A stretch of 64,000 nucleotides of DNA from Prochlorococcus sp. HOT208_60m_808G21 (GTDB lineage: Bacteria; Cyanobacteriota; Cyanobacteriia; PCC-6307; Cyanobiaceae). The notes beneath the pieces were generated by a model that was not told where the DNA came from, made no database searches, and saw only the letters and a program-made list of their open reading frames with translations. Numbering within the stretch: the first letter of the stretch is position 1; each line of letters starts with the position of its first letter. The DNA is taken from the NCBI GenBank assembly GCA_002026015.1, contig MWOY01000108.1, positions 14,925-78,924 on the forward strand, in the 5' to 3' direction. Of the stretch, positions 33,173 through 44,527 are shown piece after piece. Position numbers and translations under genes: made by a program.

Positions 33173-34213
33173 TTAAACAGTTAATACTTTAGGCTGCTTA
33201 TCAAGTCCAATCGCAGAAAAACCATGCTTTAAAGATGCTGCTCCAATAAACTCCATCTTTTCAAGAGAAATGTTATTTCTTCCCCAACTAAAGTTTGTAT
33301 GACACTTTTCAAATTCTAAAATCATAGCTTCTGCAAAGCAAGCAAACATCTCTCGCTGAGGGTTTTGCATTTCTGCAAGTTCCATCATATTCCAACCAAT
33401 ATCATTGAAAAACTCTACGATACCTCCTTTTAAAACATGAATATTTTCACCCTGAAATTTCTCATCAAGATTTTTGGGGTATCCGCCATCAATCATTAAA
33501 CATGGTTTTTTTAAGTTATCTGTATCAATTTCAATAGTTTTAGGCATACTTGCAACCCATACAACAATATCCGCCTGAGGCAATGCCTCATTTAAGCTTG
33601 TTACGGTGCCACCATCTAATTCTTTTTGTAACAACGCTAATGGTTCTTGTTGTCTTGCTACCATAAGAAGTTCTGAAATCCCAGTTTTATTAATAAGCCA
33701 TCTACAGACAGCACTGCCAATATCGCCTGTAGCACCAATTACAGCAACAGTTGCTTTTTTAAGGTCTATCCCAATGCGAGGCGCATTTATTTCTAATTGC
33801 TTACAAATAACCCAAGCGGTATGAGTATTGCCAGTAGTAAACCTCTCCCACTCTAATGAAGTATTTCTAATTTGTTTATGCTGTAGAAGATTAAAATTCT
33901 CAAAAATAATAGAAGTAAATCCTCCTAAAGCGGTAATGTTAATCCCTTTTTTCTGAGCTAGTTCCATAGCATTTAGTACTTTTCTTCTAGCCGTTTTAAA
34001 CCTAGAAAGCATTTCAGGAACAAAGCACGAATCTATATAAGAACCTTCAATAGATATTCCAGTAGCACTCTTAACTTCTACATTCTCAACAAGCTGAGGA
34101 GGAGCAGTACACCAAACATCCAAGTCTCCATCAGCAATATGATCAAAGCCTAGCATCGAAGCTTTTCTTTTTGCATCTTCAAAACTGGTTGAGTGGCCTA
34201 TTAACCCAAACAT
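33173..34213 (-). CDS. aar: Acyl-ACP reductase (alkane synthesis)
   Basis: [38 protein letters not shown]. Confidence 0.95.
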   Translation of the reverse strand: MFGLIGHSTSFEDAKRKASMLGFDHIADGDLDVWCTAPPQLVENVEVKSATGISIEGSYIDSCFVPEMLSRFKTARRKVLNAMELAQKKGINITALGGFTSIIFENFNLLQHKQIRNTSLEWERFTTGNTHTAWVICKQLEINAPRIGIDLKKATVAVIGATGDIGSAVCRWLINKTGISELLMVARQQEPLALLQKELDGGTVTSLNEALPQADIVVWVASMPKTIEIDTDNLKKPCLMIDGGYPKNLDEKFQGENIHVLKGGIVEFFNDIGWNMMELAEMQNPQREMFACFAEAMILEFEKCHTNFSWGRNNISLEKMEFIGAASLKHGFSAIGLDKQPKVLTV

Positions 34214-34321
34214 TTAAAATTTATAAATGGTTTCTATACGATGTTATGAACAATAGCACAGAGGTAACTACTTAAATAGGAATGATTAATTATTAAAATT
34301 CTTAATTAATTAGAAATATAA

Positions 34322-35050
34322 TTAGACGATAGCCGCCATAGCCATTCTTGCAATTTCTCTATTATCTAGACCTATTTCCATCAATGTATCTTGATAAGCA
34401 ATCATAAATTCTTCCATCAATTCTTCTCTGTCCATAGCTAAAACTGATGCGTCATCTGCTACTTCATCTAACATCTTTTTAATTAACGGAAGATTAACCT
34501 TATTAGCTTCCATTAATTCCTCTTTACAAGTAGATAAATTCTCTTTAAGCCACTCTTGACCATAATTTAAATGAAGATATTCATCTTTAACAACTCCCTC
34601 TGTTATTTTTTTTGCAAAAGGATCCGCAACTCTTATGTAGACGTTATAAGCAGAAATTGCAAATGCTTCAATTAAAATAGCTTGTATTAAAAGACATGTT
34701 GTTAAATTTCCTTTTTCAAGAGCAACTTGAAAATTACCATGTAATTTAGAAAAGAATTTTTTAGCAAATTCCATATCAGCTACTACACCTAAATTTCTTC
34801 CACATGCGGTAAAGCCTTTTTTATGCTTCATTTCCATTCTCGCCAATTTAGTTAACTCCTCTAATTCATTTGGAATTAAAGTTGCTATTGAAATGTAATT
34901 ATCATGAGCTTCTTGCTCTCCCTCTATAACAATTGCATTTATTCTGCTGTATGCATCCTTGTAAGAATCTGTAGTGAAGTCGGGCAAATCTAAAGAAATC
35001 GGATTAGTCGATTCTTCAATAATTTTTTTATTTGATTCTAGAGTTTGCAT
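34322..35050 (-). CDS. ado: Aldehyde-deformylating oxygenase
   Basis: YKDAYSRINAIVIEGEQEAH, E..H diiron motifs, VKDEYLHLN; ATG 35050 likely (track ORF starts at 35077). Confidence 0.95.
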   Translation of the reverse strand: MQTLESNKKIIEESTNPISLDLPDFTTDSYKDAYSRINAIVIEGEQEAHDNYISIATLIPNELEELTKLARMEMKHKKGFTACGRNLGVVADMEFAKKFFSKLHGNFQVALEKGNLTTCLLIQAILIEAFAISAYNVYIRVADPFAKKITEGVVKDEYLHLNYGQEWLKENLSTCKEELMEANKVNLPLIKKMLDEVADDASVLAMDREELMEEFMIAYQDTLMEIGLDNREIARMAMAAIV

Positions 35051-35161
35051 GACAGTAATCTTTAGCTCATTATGCATGAATATTACACGATTATAGAGAG
35101 TTTATTTAAATATCATGAAAATAGTTTCAATTGTTAAGTCACATTTTTTACTTAGACTTAT

Positions 35162-35956
35162 TTAAGAATTGTTTGGCCAATCAGATTGCATCATATTCAT
35201 AATCAATTTGAACCAATGATTAATCAATAATTCCTTTAAATTTTTCCCTAAAGACTCATTTGCTCCTCTACTATCTCCAATAACACCTGATTTACTAAAG
35301 TCGTCAGTAAGCCAAGCAGTAGGCGCATTGCCCTCTAGACTCCAGCCTTCAGGAATCTCTACTTTATTACCCTCATTTGGGCGTTCATCACCTACTAATT
35401 CTGGTTTCAAAGCCAGCATCAAACTTGTTTCAGCTAAAGAAGCATGAAGCCCATCCTCAATCTCAGTTTTTGTTAACAATTCATTCAATCCATTCACACC
35501 ACTCCATAAGAAACAAGGGAACACTGCCATACCTGGGGCGGCACTTCTTAGCTCTCTTGCAGCTGTATTTAAAAGTGAAATTTGACCTCCATGTCCATTA
35601 ATTAATATCAATCTTTTAAAACCCATTTCAGATAATTGACCTCCGACTTCCTTTATCATTGATGTTATTAAATTTGAGGAAAGAGAAATTGTCCCGGCAA
35701 AACCCTTATGTTCTGGAGAAAAACCAATATATTGGGTTGGAAGTTTTTTTAATGGAATATCGGCAGAGAATAATTTGAAAACTTCGCTAATAATTTCATC
35801 AACAAAAATACTGTCTGTAGCAAGAGGCAAATGCGGCCCATGTTGCTCAACAGCACCGAATGGCCAAATCACTGTTGATCTTTTGTCTTTTGCAACACAC
35901 TCAATTTCTTGCCAATTTAAATATTCAAATTTATTAGGTATTGGTTTAAAGTTCAT
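35162..35956 (-). CDS. Creatininase-family amidohydrolase
   Basis: GAVEQHGPHLPLATD, SPEH..F.GT, NGHGG, HA..AETS. Confidence 0.9.
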   Translation of the reverse strand: MNFKPIPNKFEYLNWQEIECVAKDKRSTVIWPFGAVEQHGPHLPLATDSIFVDEIISEVFKLFSADIPLKKLPTQYIGFSPEHKGFAGTISLSSNLITSMIKEVGGQLSEMGFKRLILINGHGGQISLLNTAARELRSAAPGMAVFPCFLWSGVNGLNELLTKTEIEDGLHASLAETSLMLALKPELVGDERPNEGNKVEIPEGWSLEGNAPTAWLTDDFSKSGVIGDSRGANESLGKNLKELLINHWFKLIMNMMQSDWPNNS

Positions 35957-36022
35957 TAATTTTAATTTTGAGTACTAACATTTAGAGTATGTTAATAATT
36001 AATTATTCTTATTTTACCTACG

Positions 36023-37228
36023 ATGGGAGTCAGTAATAAAAATGCCCAAGATAATATCCAACCAAAGGGCAATAAAAAACCTCTTCAGGTACTTCACATA
36101 AGCAAGAAAGATACTCAAAAAATAGATAATGAGCAAACCAATTCGCAAGAAGAAATTAAAAAAGAAGATATCGCAATCAAACCGCAAATCATTAAAAATG
36201 ATTTAGTAAAAAAAATTGAGGACAATAATGAAAACACCAAGGATTTTGATATTTCTCAACAAAATTTAACTCAACAAGACTTGAATAGACCCCTTAATTT
36301 TTCTGAGCAAAACACAGATTTTCAATTAGAAAGAACAGTTGATGAATTCGATTTTGATGAAAGTGCTTTTTTGGAGGCTTTAAATGCAAATGAGCCAATT
36401 GGGGCTACAGGAGAAACAATTTCAGGTAAGGTTATAGCGATCGAAAGTGATGGACTATATGTTGACATTGGCGGAAAAGCACCTGGTTATATGCCCAAAA
36501 AAGAATGTGGTTTGGGTGTAATTACTAACTTTAAAGAAAAGTTTTCTATAGGCCTTGAAATGGAAGTTTTGGTTATCAAAGAACAAAATGCTGATGGGAT
36601 GGTAACAGTGAGCGCTAGAGCATTAATTCTCAGGCAAAGTTGGGAGAAAGTATCAAGTTCCGCAAAAAATGGAGAATTAATTAACGTTTTAATTAATGGA
36701 TTTAATAGAGGTGGGCTTACTTGTGATGTAGATGGATTAAGAGGATTCATCCCAAGATCCCAACTTGAAGATGGTCAAGATTATCAATCTTTTGTTGGCA
36801 AAACTCTAAAAGTAGCGTTTCTTGAAGTGAATCCAGAATCCAGAAAATTAGTTCTCTCTGAAAAGAAAGCATCATTAGTCTCTAAACTTACAAGTTTAGA
36901 ATTAGGTCAATTAATTGAAGGAGAAGTTTTAGCAGTAAAACCATATGGCTTCTTTATAGATTTAGGTGGAGCTAGTGGACTTCTTCATCAATCATCACTA
37001 ACAAACGGATCGATTCGTTCTTTAAGAGAAGTTTTTAGAGAAGGGGAAATGATAAAAGCTTTAATATCTGAAATAGACCTCGAAAAAGGTCGTATTGGTC
37101 TCAATACAGCACTCCTAGAAAACTCTGCGGGAGAATTAATTATTGATAAGCAAAAAGTTATGCAAGAAGCTTCAGAGAGAGCACTAAAAACTAAAGCGCT
37201 CTTCGATAAAAAAGAACAAGATAAATGA
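36023..37228 (+). CDS. rps1b: Ribosomal protein S1 homolog B (S1 RNA-binding domains)
   Basis: Three S1 domains (VDIGGK, GLRGFIPRSQ, KPYGFFIDLGG) after a low-complexity N-terminus. Confidence 0.85.
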   Translation: MGVSNKNAQDNIQPKGNKKPLQVLHISKKDTQKIDNEQTNSQEEIKKEDIAIKPQIIKNDLVKKIEDNNENTKDFDISQQNLTQQDLNRPLNFSEQNTDFQLERTVDEFDFDESAFLEALNANEPIGATGETISGKVIAIESDGLYVDIGGKAPGYMPKKECGLGVITNFKEKFSIGLEMEVLVIKEQNADGMVTVSARALILRQSWEKVSSSAKNGELINVLINGFNRGGLTCDVDGLRGFIPRSQLEDGQDYQSFVGKTLKVAFLEVNPESRKLVLSEKKASLVSKLTSLELGQLIEGEVLAVKPYGFFIDLGGASGLLHQSSLTNGSIRSLREVFREGEMIKALISEIDLEKGRIGLNTALLENSAGELIIDKQKVMQEASERALKTKALFDKKEQDK

Positions 37229-38130
37229 ATATTAATAAAAACATTGAGTCAAGTCTTGAATTAAAGATTTCAGATTGGGAATTAGACTTTTACTCAAGGC
37301 CAATTATTGAATCAAATGGGAAAAAAAGATGGGAATTAATTATCTGCTCTACAAGAAGTTATAAGACACAAGATGTTTTTCTTTGGAACAAAAAGTGCCC
37401 TGCTAATGAAGTTAATTCAGTGTGGCTTACAAAGGCGCTAAATGAAGCATTAAGTGAGGCAAAAAAACAGGGGTGGGAGAAACCTTCTTTAGTTCGATTC
37501 TGGAGGTCGTCAATGAAATCGATCATTAAGAAATCTCTTGAGGCCCTAAGTATTGAGGCCATTGTAAGTAGGAGAACTTACAATTTATTAGATAGAATCG
37601 AATTTCTTGAAAAAGAGATTTATCCAAAGGAAAAAGGTTATGTAAGAGGTGTATTAGCTCCTACTTTTACTTCAAAAATGGAAAACTCTCCTACACCTCT
37701 ACCAGAAGCAGTAAGAGGTGATGCTTTAACTATCTCTGAAATATCAGTTGGCGAATTAAAATCAGCAGAAAATTGGCCTATGGAATTTGGAGATATTTTC
37801 CCAATTCAGCAAGATTTAGATGATAATTACTTAGTCCCAGGATTAAGACTTTTTAGCAAAGATAGATCTTTGGCACTTTCTGCATGGTTTAGTTGTTTAG
37901 AACCTATTAAATTAGTCGTAAATAAGAACCAACTCATACTTGAAGCTTCAGAAGATGATAAGTGGCTGGTAACTGATTTACCAGAAAAAGATGCAAGCAT
38001 TTTGAATACAAAGTTTTTAGAGAATAAAAAAAATTCTTTTGGTTATCAATTTATTTCCATACAGTCAACGCCCTTTATCGAAAAATTTGCAGGATTCTGG
38101 ATCTTAAGAGATATTGAATTAATTTCATAA
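37225..38130 (+). CDS. Tab2/Atab2-family RNA-binding protein
   Basis: WELDFYSRP....GKKRWEL, VNS.WL, SRRTY, FAGFW. Confidence 0.88.
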   Translation: MNINKNIESSLELKISDWELDFYSRPIIESNGKKRWELIICSTRSYKTQDVFLWNKKCPANEVNSVWLTKALNEALSEAKKQGWEKPSLVRFWRSSMKSIIKKSLEALSIEAIVSRRTYNLLDRIEFLEKEIYPKEKGYVRGVLAPTFTSKMENSPTPLPEAVRGDALTISEISVGELKSAENWPMEFGDIFPIQQDLDDNYLVPGLRLFSKDRSLALSAWFSCLEPIKLVVNKNQLILEASEDDKWLVTDLPEKDASILNTKFLENKKNSFGYQFISIQSTPFIEKFAGFWILRDIELIS

Positions 38131-38152
38131 ATTCAATTTAGGAGCAGGTACT

Positions 38153-38935
38153 ATTCCTTACAAAGAAATATATTTCTCAAAAGATGAAATTTATATTCAA
38201 AACAAAAAATTTGAGTATTATTCATCACCTATTCTTAGTCAAAATAATTTCAAACATGCATACTTTACGAAGTCTTGCTCTGAGAAATTTCTTCAATTAA
38301 TAGGGAATCACTTTAATGAAAATTCCATAAATTGTGTTTCCAATCAAATTCACAGTAATGTGATAGTGTTTGGATCTTATTCGCAAAAAGGAACTAAGAC
38401 TGATGCAGATGGTCTTGTTGGCAATAAATGCAGTCAAAACTTATGGGTTTACACAGCTGATTGTATGCCAATATTTTTTGCAGATAAAAGGACAAGAAAT
38501 GTAGCAGCCTTGCATTGTGGAAGAAAAGGTTTAGAAAAAAAAATAATAAAAAATCTGGTAAAAATTTTCGATACTTTCCTGACAACTAGAGATGACTTAC
38601 TTGTTGCAATAGGACCAGCGATTTCTAAGGAACATTATCTAGTTGATAAAATGACACTCAAAAAATTTTATAGAAAGGCCGAAAACAAAAACATAACTAT
38701 CAAATTGACTAAAACTAAAAAAGATCTTTGTTTTAGTGATTCAAATCACATCAGAGAGCAAAACTTAAATCAACTTGATCTAAAAAGATCTGCCTATAAA
38801 CAACTTTTAAATGAGAACATCCCTCATACAAATATAGACATCTCAAATTTATGTACATACAAATTCAATAATGAATTTTATTCCTGGAGAAGGAGCAAAA
38901 CAATCTCGAGACAATGGAATCTTATTTGCTCATAA
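38153..38935 (+). CDS. pgeF: YfiH/PgeF purine nucleoside phosphorylase-like protein
   Basis: DADGL, TADCMP, ALHCGRKG, AIGPAI, FYSWRR; the frame stays open upstream of GTG 38360 and includes HAYFT and NQIHS; probable ATT start at 38153. Confidence 0.8.
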   Translation: MPYKEIYFSKDEIYIQNKKFEYYSSPILSQNNFKHAYFTKSCSEKFLQLIGNHFNENSINCVSNQIHSNVIVFGSYSQKGTKTDADGLVGNKCSQNLWVYTADCMPIFFADKRTRNVAALHCGRKGLEKKIIKNLVKIFDTFLTTRDDLLVAIGPAISKEHYLVDKMTLKKFYRKAENKNITIKLTKTKKDLCFSDSNHIREQNLNQLDLKRSAYKQLLNENIPHTNIDISNLCTYKFNNEFYSWRRSKTISRQWNLICS

Positions 38936-38941
38936 AGATAA

Positions 38942-39292
38942 TTAACTTGGACAAATTTCACTGCTTAAGTTTTTAGCGATCAATAATTCCGTCATCTCCT
39001 TAGTACCTTTAATACTAAAAACTTTGGCTAACAAAACATTCTCTTTGAAACCAAAAGGCTTTATTTTCACTTTACTCCCCCTTGGGAATTCACTCTTAAG
39101 TAAATTAGTTGCTTCAATCTCATTATTTTCATTTACATCTACACAAAATAATCCAATAGTTAAATTTCTATTTTGATCCCCCACCAAAATAGTATTTGAA
39201 CTTTTAATTTGAAGAATTTCGGCCGAGTTTACTATTACAGGATTAAGAGCAATCAAGCAGATTATAATTAAAAATTTTGATAATTTTTTCAA
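38942..39292 (-). CDS. Exported small protein, possibly a degenerate SNase-like fold
   Basis: Signal-peptide-like N-terminus; VGDQNR..TIGLFCVD, LLAKV, ELLIAKNL. Confidence 0.65.
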   Translation of the reverse strand: MKKLSKFLIIICLIALNPVIVNSAEILQIKSSNTILVGDQNRNLTIGLFCVDVNENNEIEATNLLKSEFPRGSKVKIKPFGFKENVLLAKVFSIKGTKEMTELLIAKNLSSEICPS

Positions 39293-39362
39293 TTCAGATA
39301 CATCTAAGTTTTTTGAATTATCATAAAGTTAATTTTTTAAAATGACGAATTTTTTAAAAAAA

Positions 39363-41126
39363 CTAGTCTTCACAATTAACATATCCAACCATTTGAGCAT
39401 TACTTTTACCAGGAGGAACCATTGGATAACAATTTTCACCTCTTCTGACAAGGATATTAATCAAGGCAGGACCGTCATGATCAAGCGCATTTTTTAATTC
39501 ATTCTGTAATTGTTTTCTATCAGAAATTAAGTATCCTTTAACTCCAAAAGACTCTGCAAGTTTTACAAAATCAGGTTCACCACAACTCATATCAGATGAG
39601 GAATATCTTTCATCATAGAAACTTTCCTGCCATTGTCTTACCATCCCTTGCCAGCGATTATTGATAATAATCAATTTAACATTTAGACCATATTGAGATA
39701 AGGTTCCTAATTCTTGAATATTCATTAAGACACTTGCATCTCCCGCAATACAAATTACATCTGAATTAGGTAAGGCTGTTTTTACTCCAATTGCCGCTGG
39801 CAATCCAAAACCCATAGTTCCTAAGCCTGCACTACTAATCCATTTTCTTGGAGAATTCCTAAGATATTGAGCAGCCCACATCTGATGTTGTCCTACATCT
39901 GTAGTTATATAAGCTTCTGGTGAAAGTTCCCTCACTTTTAAAAGAACTTCCTGAGGATAAATTTCTCCTTCTTTAGGCGGTTCATATAAAGGGTGTTTAT
40001 GTTTCCAAAAATCAATTTTTTCTAACCAGTTTTTCGTCCGACAAGTAAATTTGTTTTTTAGAGATTGTTCATTAATTTTCAGAACAGCTTTTGAAACATC
40101 AGCAACAATTGCAACATCTACACGTCTATTTTTATTAACTTCTGCTGGATCGATATCTATATGAATTACCTTTGCATTAGGTGCAAAAGTATCTAATTTC
40201 CCTGTCACCCTATCATCGAATCTGGCTCCAATAGCAATTAAAAGATCGCATTCTGTAACAGCAAAATTTGCATAAGCAGTTCCATGCATTCCTAACATCC
40301 CTACTGATAAATTATCTTTTTCATCAAAAGCGCCCTTCCCCATTAAGGTTGTGGTAACTGGTATTTGATAATTCTTTGCTAAAGTTTTTATTGCCTCATG
40401 AGCTCCTGAAGATATTGCTCCACCTCCTACGTATAGAAGAGGTCTTTCAGAATCTTCTATTAATTTAATTGCTTTGTTGATATCGCAATCATTAATTTCT
40501 CCATTCCTTTTAAATCCTTTAGGAATAATCTCACCAGGCAAAACTCTTTGGTAATTAAAGAACTCCTGACCAACATCTTTGGGTATATCAATTAAAACAG
40601 GGCCAGGCCTTCCAGATGAGGCTATAAAAAAAGCTTCAGAAACTACTTTCGCGATATCTGAAGGATCCCTTATTACCCATGAATGTTTTACTATTGGAAG
40701 AGTTATGCCAAAAATATCAGTTTCTTGAAAAGCATCTGTCCCTATAGCAGGTCTTGGGACTTGACCAGTAACTACAACTAGAGGGACTGAATCCATTTGC
40801 GCAGTGGCAATTCCAGTTACCAAATTTGTTGCACCTGGGCCTGAGGTTCCAAAACATACTCCTACTTCACCAGTAGATCTTGCATATCCATCAGCCGCAT
40901 GTGAACCACCTTGTTCATGCCTAACCATATAGTGTTTTAACCAACCATCTTGTTCTGCCTTATGAACTGCGTCATATATTGGTAGTATAGCTCCCCCAGG
41001 ATATCCAAATATAACTTTTACTCCATGAATTTTTAAAGAATCCATTAGTGCATCTGCACCAGTTATCCAAACTGGATTTTCATGTTTTGAACTACCCTTT
41101 GAAAAGGATCTCGAAGTAAGGGTCAC
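39363..41126 (-). CDS. ilvB: Acetolactate synthase large subunit
   Basis: [33 protein letters not shown]. Confidence 0.97.
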   Translation of the reverse strand: MTLTSRSFSKGSSKHENPVWITGADALMDSLKIHGVKVIFGYPGGAILPIYDAVHKAEQDGWLKHYMVRHEQGGSHAADGYARSTGEVGVCFGTSGPGATNLVTGIATAQMDSVPLVVVTGQVPRPAIGTDAFQETDIFGITLPIVKHSWVIRDPSDIAKVVSEAFFIASSGRPGPVLIDIPKDVGQEFFNYQRVLPGEIIPKGFKRNGEINDCDINKAIKLIEDSERPLLYVGGGAISSGAHEAIKTLAKNYQIPVTTTLMGKGAFDEKDNLSVGMLGMHGTAYANFAVTECDLLIAIGARFDDRVTGKLDTFAPNAKVIHIDIDPAEVNKNRRVDVAIVADVSKAVLKINEQSLKNKFTCRTKNWLEKIDFWKHKHPLYEPPKEGEIYPQEVLLKVRELSPEAYITTDVGQHQMWAAQYLRNSPRKWISSAGLGTMGFGLPAAIGVKTALPNSDVICIAGDASVLMNIQELGTLSQYGLNVKLIIINNRWQGMVRQWQESFYDERYSSSDMSCGEPDFVKLAESFGVKGYLISDRKQLQNELKNALDHDGPALINILVRRGENCYPMVPPGKSNAQMVGYVNCED

Positions 41127-41263
41127 TAAAGAAATTCAATATTTACTATAAATATTAAACTTAATTAAATACTTTTGCCTCATTTAGAAATGTAATGTCA
41201 GAAATGTATTCAAAAAAATCTTTTAAAAAATTTAAAAATTTTCAAATAAATATCAATTTTTCT

Positions 41264-42439
41264 TTATAAGATGCCTAATTTATGTAGAGGTCCAGAGCCA
41301 GAAATAAGTTCAATAAAAAGCACAAGAAAAATAATCATTGCAACTCTTCCATTCCACACCTCTGAACTATTATTCCAACCCCATTGCCACTTCTCCTGAG
41401 GATAAAGTTTAACTTTTTCAGGCAATTGAGAAGCCTCCTCAATATTAACTAGAGGCCCTTCCAAGCAGGAAATCACTAGTTCACTAAGACCTTCAATAAA
41501 AGTAGGATGAGTATTAAGAGCCTTAACTCTCCGAAAATTTTTAATACCAGCCTTTTCAGCAATTTCTTTATATTCAATATCAATTTCTTGCAATGTTTCG
41601 ATATGCTCTCCAACGAAACTTATAGGCACAACTATTAGATCATTAACATTTGACTTTCCAAGATCAGCTAACACTTCTTCTGTATAAGGCTTCAACCATT
41701 CAACAGGGCCAACTCTACTTTGATAAGAAAGTGTATAAGGGTTACTATGGCCCAAAAATTTTTCCAGCTCATTTATTATTAATAAAGAACAATCTTCAAT
41801 TTGTTGTTTGTAAGGGTCTCCAGCTTCCTCTACGTAACTCTTAGGAACTCCATGAGCAGTGAAAAATATATGGGCTTTTGAAGGTGATTCACAAAGTGAA
41901 ATCTGTTCAGAAATTAATTCGACCATGGACTTTAAATAACCTGATTGACTGAACCAACTCCTTACACATCTCATTGGAACCTTCTTAAATTCATCATCAG
42001 AATCTCGCAATTTTTTTAATTCTCTAAAGCTTGAACCACTAGTACTTATAGAAAAATGCGGATACAAGGGTATTACAACAACTTGATCTATGCCATCTGC
42101 TTTCATATCAGCAATTGCTGATTCGGTAAAAGGATGCCAATACCTCATAGCGATGTAGGTAGTAGCATTAAAACCCTTGTCCCTTAATTTAGATTGTAAT
42201 TCTCTTGCTTGTTGTTCAGTTATCCTCCTAATAGGTGAACCTCCACCTATGGAAAGGTAGGCCTGTTGTGAAGTGGTACTCCTAAGAGTACTAATTAACC
42301 AGGCTAGGGGCTTTTGAAAAGCAGGGAAAGGGGTCCTGATTATTTCTGGATCAGAAAAAAGATTATATAAGAATGGGCCTACATCGTTAATGCGTTCAGG
42401 CCCCCCTAAATTCATTAGTAAGACGCCTATTTTATCCAT
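41264..42439 (-). CDS. hemH: Ferrochelatase with C-terminal CAB domain
   Basis: [27 protein letters not shown]; C-terminal EVWNGRVAM. Confidence 0.96.
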   Translation of the reverse strand: MDKIGVLLMNLGGPERINDVGPFLYNLFSDPEIIRTPFPAFQKPLAWLISTLRSTTSQQAYLSIGGGSPIRRITEQQARELQSKLRDKGFNATTYIAMRYWHPFTESAIADMKADGIDQVVVIPLYPHFSISTSGSSFRELKKLRDSDDEFKKVPMRCVRSWFSQSGYLKSMVELISEQISLCESPSKAHIFFTAHGVPKSYVEEAGDPYKQQIEDCSLLIINELEKFLGHSNPYTLSYQSRVGPVEWLKPYTEEVLADLGKSNVNDLIVVPISFVGEHIETLQEIDIEYKEIAEKAGIKNFRRVKALNTHPTFIEGLSELVISCLEGPLVNIEEASQLPEKVKLYPQEKWQWGWNNSSEVWNGRVAMIIFLVLFIELISGSGPLHKLGIL

Positions 42440-42504
42440 CTAAAATTTATGGAGATTGAAAATAAACATTAAAAACGTCATTATAAGGTCAATTATATAA
42501 GTAA

Positions 42505-43674
42505 ATGAACGTAATTCAGGAAATTAATAATGTCAATGATAAATTTGCTACTCAAGGAAGCAAGCTTAAAATTGAGAAAAGAGGAGAGAAATTAAATATT
42601 CGTGGTTCACTACCCTGCAAAGAAGATAAAAATAACTTTAAAATTCAAAGAATATCTCTTGGTTTAAAGGCTAATATTTCTGGATTAGAAGAAGCCAAAA
42701 AAAAATTACAATTAATCAATTTGCAATTAGAATTGAATCAATTTGATTGGATTAATTGGAAAGGCAATCCCAATAAAAAGCAAATAAAAGATGGTATTGA
42801 ATTCCCAAATAGATTAAATCAATTTGAGGAATTTTTTTTTAAAGAAAAAAAAGGTGATTTTAGAACCAGCACTAGAAAAACTACTTGGAGAAGTTCTTAC
42901 AAACCATATATGAAAAGAATCCTAGATGTTTATGGTGATCACGAAAATGAAGCTTTAGAGAAAATATTTCAAAAGACACTCGAAAGTTACAAGGAAGGGA
43001 GCAGAAGTAGAAAACAATGCGCTACTTCTCTAAGTGTTTTGGCCAAGTTTTTGGACATTAAACTACCAGAAGATTGGAAATTAAATTCTAGAGGATATGG
43101 TCTAAACAAAGCAGGATTTAGGGACCTCCCGACAGACGAATTAATAGAGAAACTTTGGGAGAAGATACCAAACAAATCTTGGAAATTTGTTTTTGGTTTG
43201 ATGGCTACATATGGATTAAGAAATCATGAAGTATTTTTTTGTGATTTAAGTTCTCTAACTAATTTTGGGGACAAAATTATTAGAGTTTTACCTACAACTA
43301 AAACTGGGGAGCATCAAGTTTGGCCATTTCATCCTGAATGGGTGGAAAAATTCGAATTATCAAAACTTGGTGAAAATCCAGAACTTCTACCAAATATCAA
43401 TAGAGACCTTAAAATTACAACCTTACAAAATATTGGTAAAAAAATAACAGACCAGTTTAAGCGTTACTCTTTGCAAATAAAACCTTATGATCTAAGGCAT
43501 GCTTGGGCAGTAAGGACAATTTTTTATGATTTACCTGATACAGTTGCTGCCAGAATGATGGGACATTCGGTTAGTTTACATACTCAAACTTATCACCACT
43601 GGATTACTAAAAGAGATCAACAACAGGCAGTGAATAATGCACTTTTAAAAGTTAAAAGAGTTAAAAATATTTAA
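42505..43674 (+). CDS. Tyrosine recombinase (XisA/XisC-like), orphan
   Basis: ATYGLRNHE, TTKTG, PYDLRHAWAVR, MMGHS, HTQTYHHW catalytic set. Confidence 0.88.
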   Translation: MNVIQEINNVNDKFATQGSKLKIEKRGEKLNIRGSLPCKEDKNNFKIQRISLGLKANISGLEEAKKKLQLINLQLELNQFDWINWKGNPNKKQIKDGIEFPNRLNQFEEFFFKEKKGDFRTSTRKTTWRSSYKPYMKRILDVYGDHENEALEKIFQKTLESYKEGSRSRKQCATSLSVLAKFLDIKLPEDWKLNSRGYGLNKAGFRDLPTDELIEKLWEKIPNKSWKFVFGLMATYGLRNHEVFFCDLSSLTNFGDKIIRVLPTTKTGEHQVWPFHPEWVEKFELSKLGENPELLPNINRDLKITTLQNIGKKITDQFKRYSLQIKPYDLRHAWAVRTIFYDLPDTVAARMMGHSVSLHTQTYHHWITKRDQQQAVNNALLKVKRVKNI

Positions 43675-43708
43675 AGATTTATAATAATTAAATAAAAATA
43701 AGGGTCAT

Positions 43709-44401
43709 ATGCAAGAAAAACCTTCATCTTCCGAGAAAATATTTAACCTCGATGATCAAGCAAATAAACTTGGAATGGGAGGTAAATTATCACCGGAAAG
43801 CGATGAGAGCTCATATAAAAAAAGAATGCAGCAAAGAAAAGATATTCAAGCGGAAAGACTACAAATCAGGAAAACAAAAAAAGGATTATTAATTGTTTTT
43901 ACAGGAAATGGCAAGGGCAAGACAACTGCATCTTTAGGTATGGCTTTAAGGACGATAGGGCATGGCTATAAAGTAGCAATAATTCAATTTATCAAAGGAG
44001 GCTGGAAAACTGGAGAAGAAAAAGCACTTAAAGATTTGTCTTCAAACATATCTTGGCATTCATTAGGAGAGGGATTTACTTGGGAAACACAAGACAGAAT
44101 AAGAGATGAAAAATTAGTTCAAGAGGCTTGGCAACTAGCCAAAAAGTACATACAAAACGAATCTTATAAACTTATCATTCTTGATGAAATTAATATTGCG
44201 ACAAAACTTGGTTATCTTGCACCCGAGGAAATAATCACTTTTTTAAAAAGCTTAAATAATAGAAAAAATCATATTGTTTTAACTGGAAGGGGAGCATCTG
44301 ATTCAATTATCAATTACGCTGATCTAGTTACAGAAATGAAACTAATAAGACATCCATTTAAAGAACAAGGAATAAAAGCACAAAAGTGTATTGAATATTA
44401 G
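43709..44401 (+). CDS. cobO: Cob(I)yrinic acid a,c-diamide adenosyltransferase
   Basis: TGNGKGKTTASLG, QFIKG, LDEIN, LTGR, HPF..GIKAQ. Confidence 0.94.
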   Translation: MQEKPSSSEKIFNLDDQANKLGMGGKLSPESDESSYKKRMQQRKDIQAERLQIRKTKKGLLIVFTGNGKGKTTASLGMALRTIGHGYKVAIIQFIKGGWKTGEEKALKDLSSNISWHSLGEGFTWETQDRIRDEKLVQEAWQLAKKYIQNESYKLIILDEINIATKLGYLAPEEIITFLKSLNNRKNHIVLTGRGASDSIINYADLVTEMKLIRHPFKEQGIKAQKCIEY

Positions 44402-44527
44402 TTAAGTTAAATATTTTTAAAAGTTTCTTTAGGCAGGTTTAGAAATGTTTAAAGACGCAAGCAATATCTGAACAAAAAATAAATTTGGTGCTTTTACTTG
44501 CTAAGGTCTTAAAAGTACAATCATTGA

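Noticed and set aside
42440-43708. Prophage or mobile island around the integrase
   Set aside because: Flanking genes are intact housekeeping genes; no cargo, att repeats or phage genes
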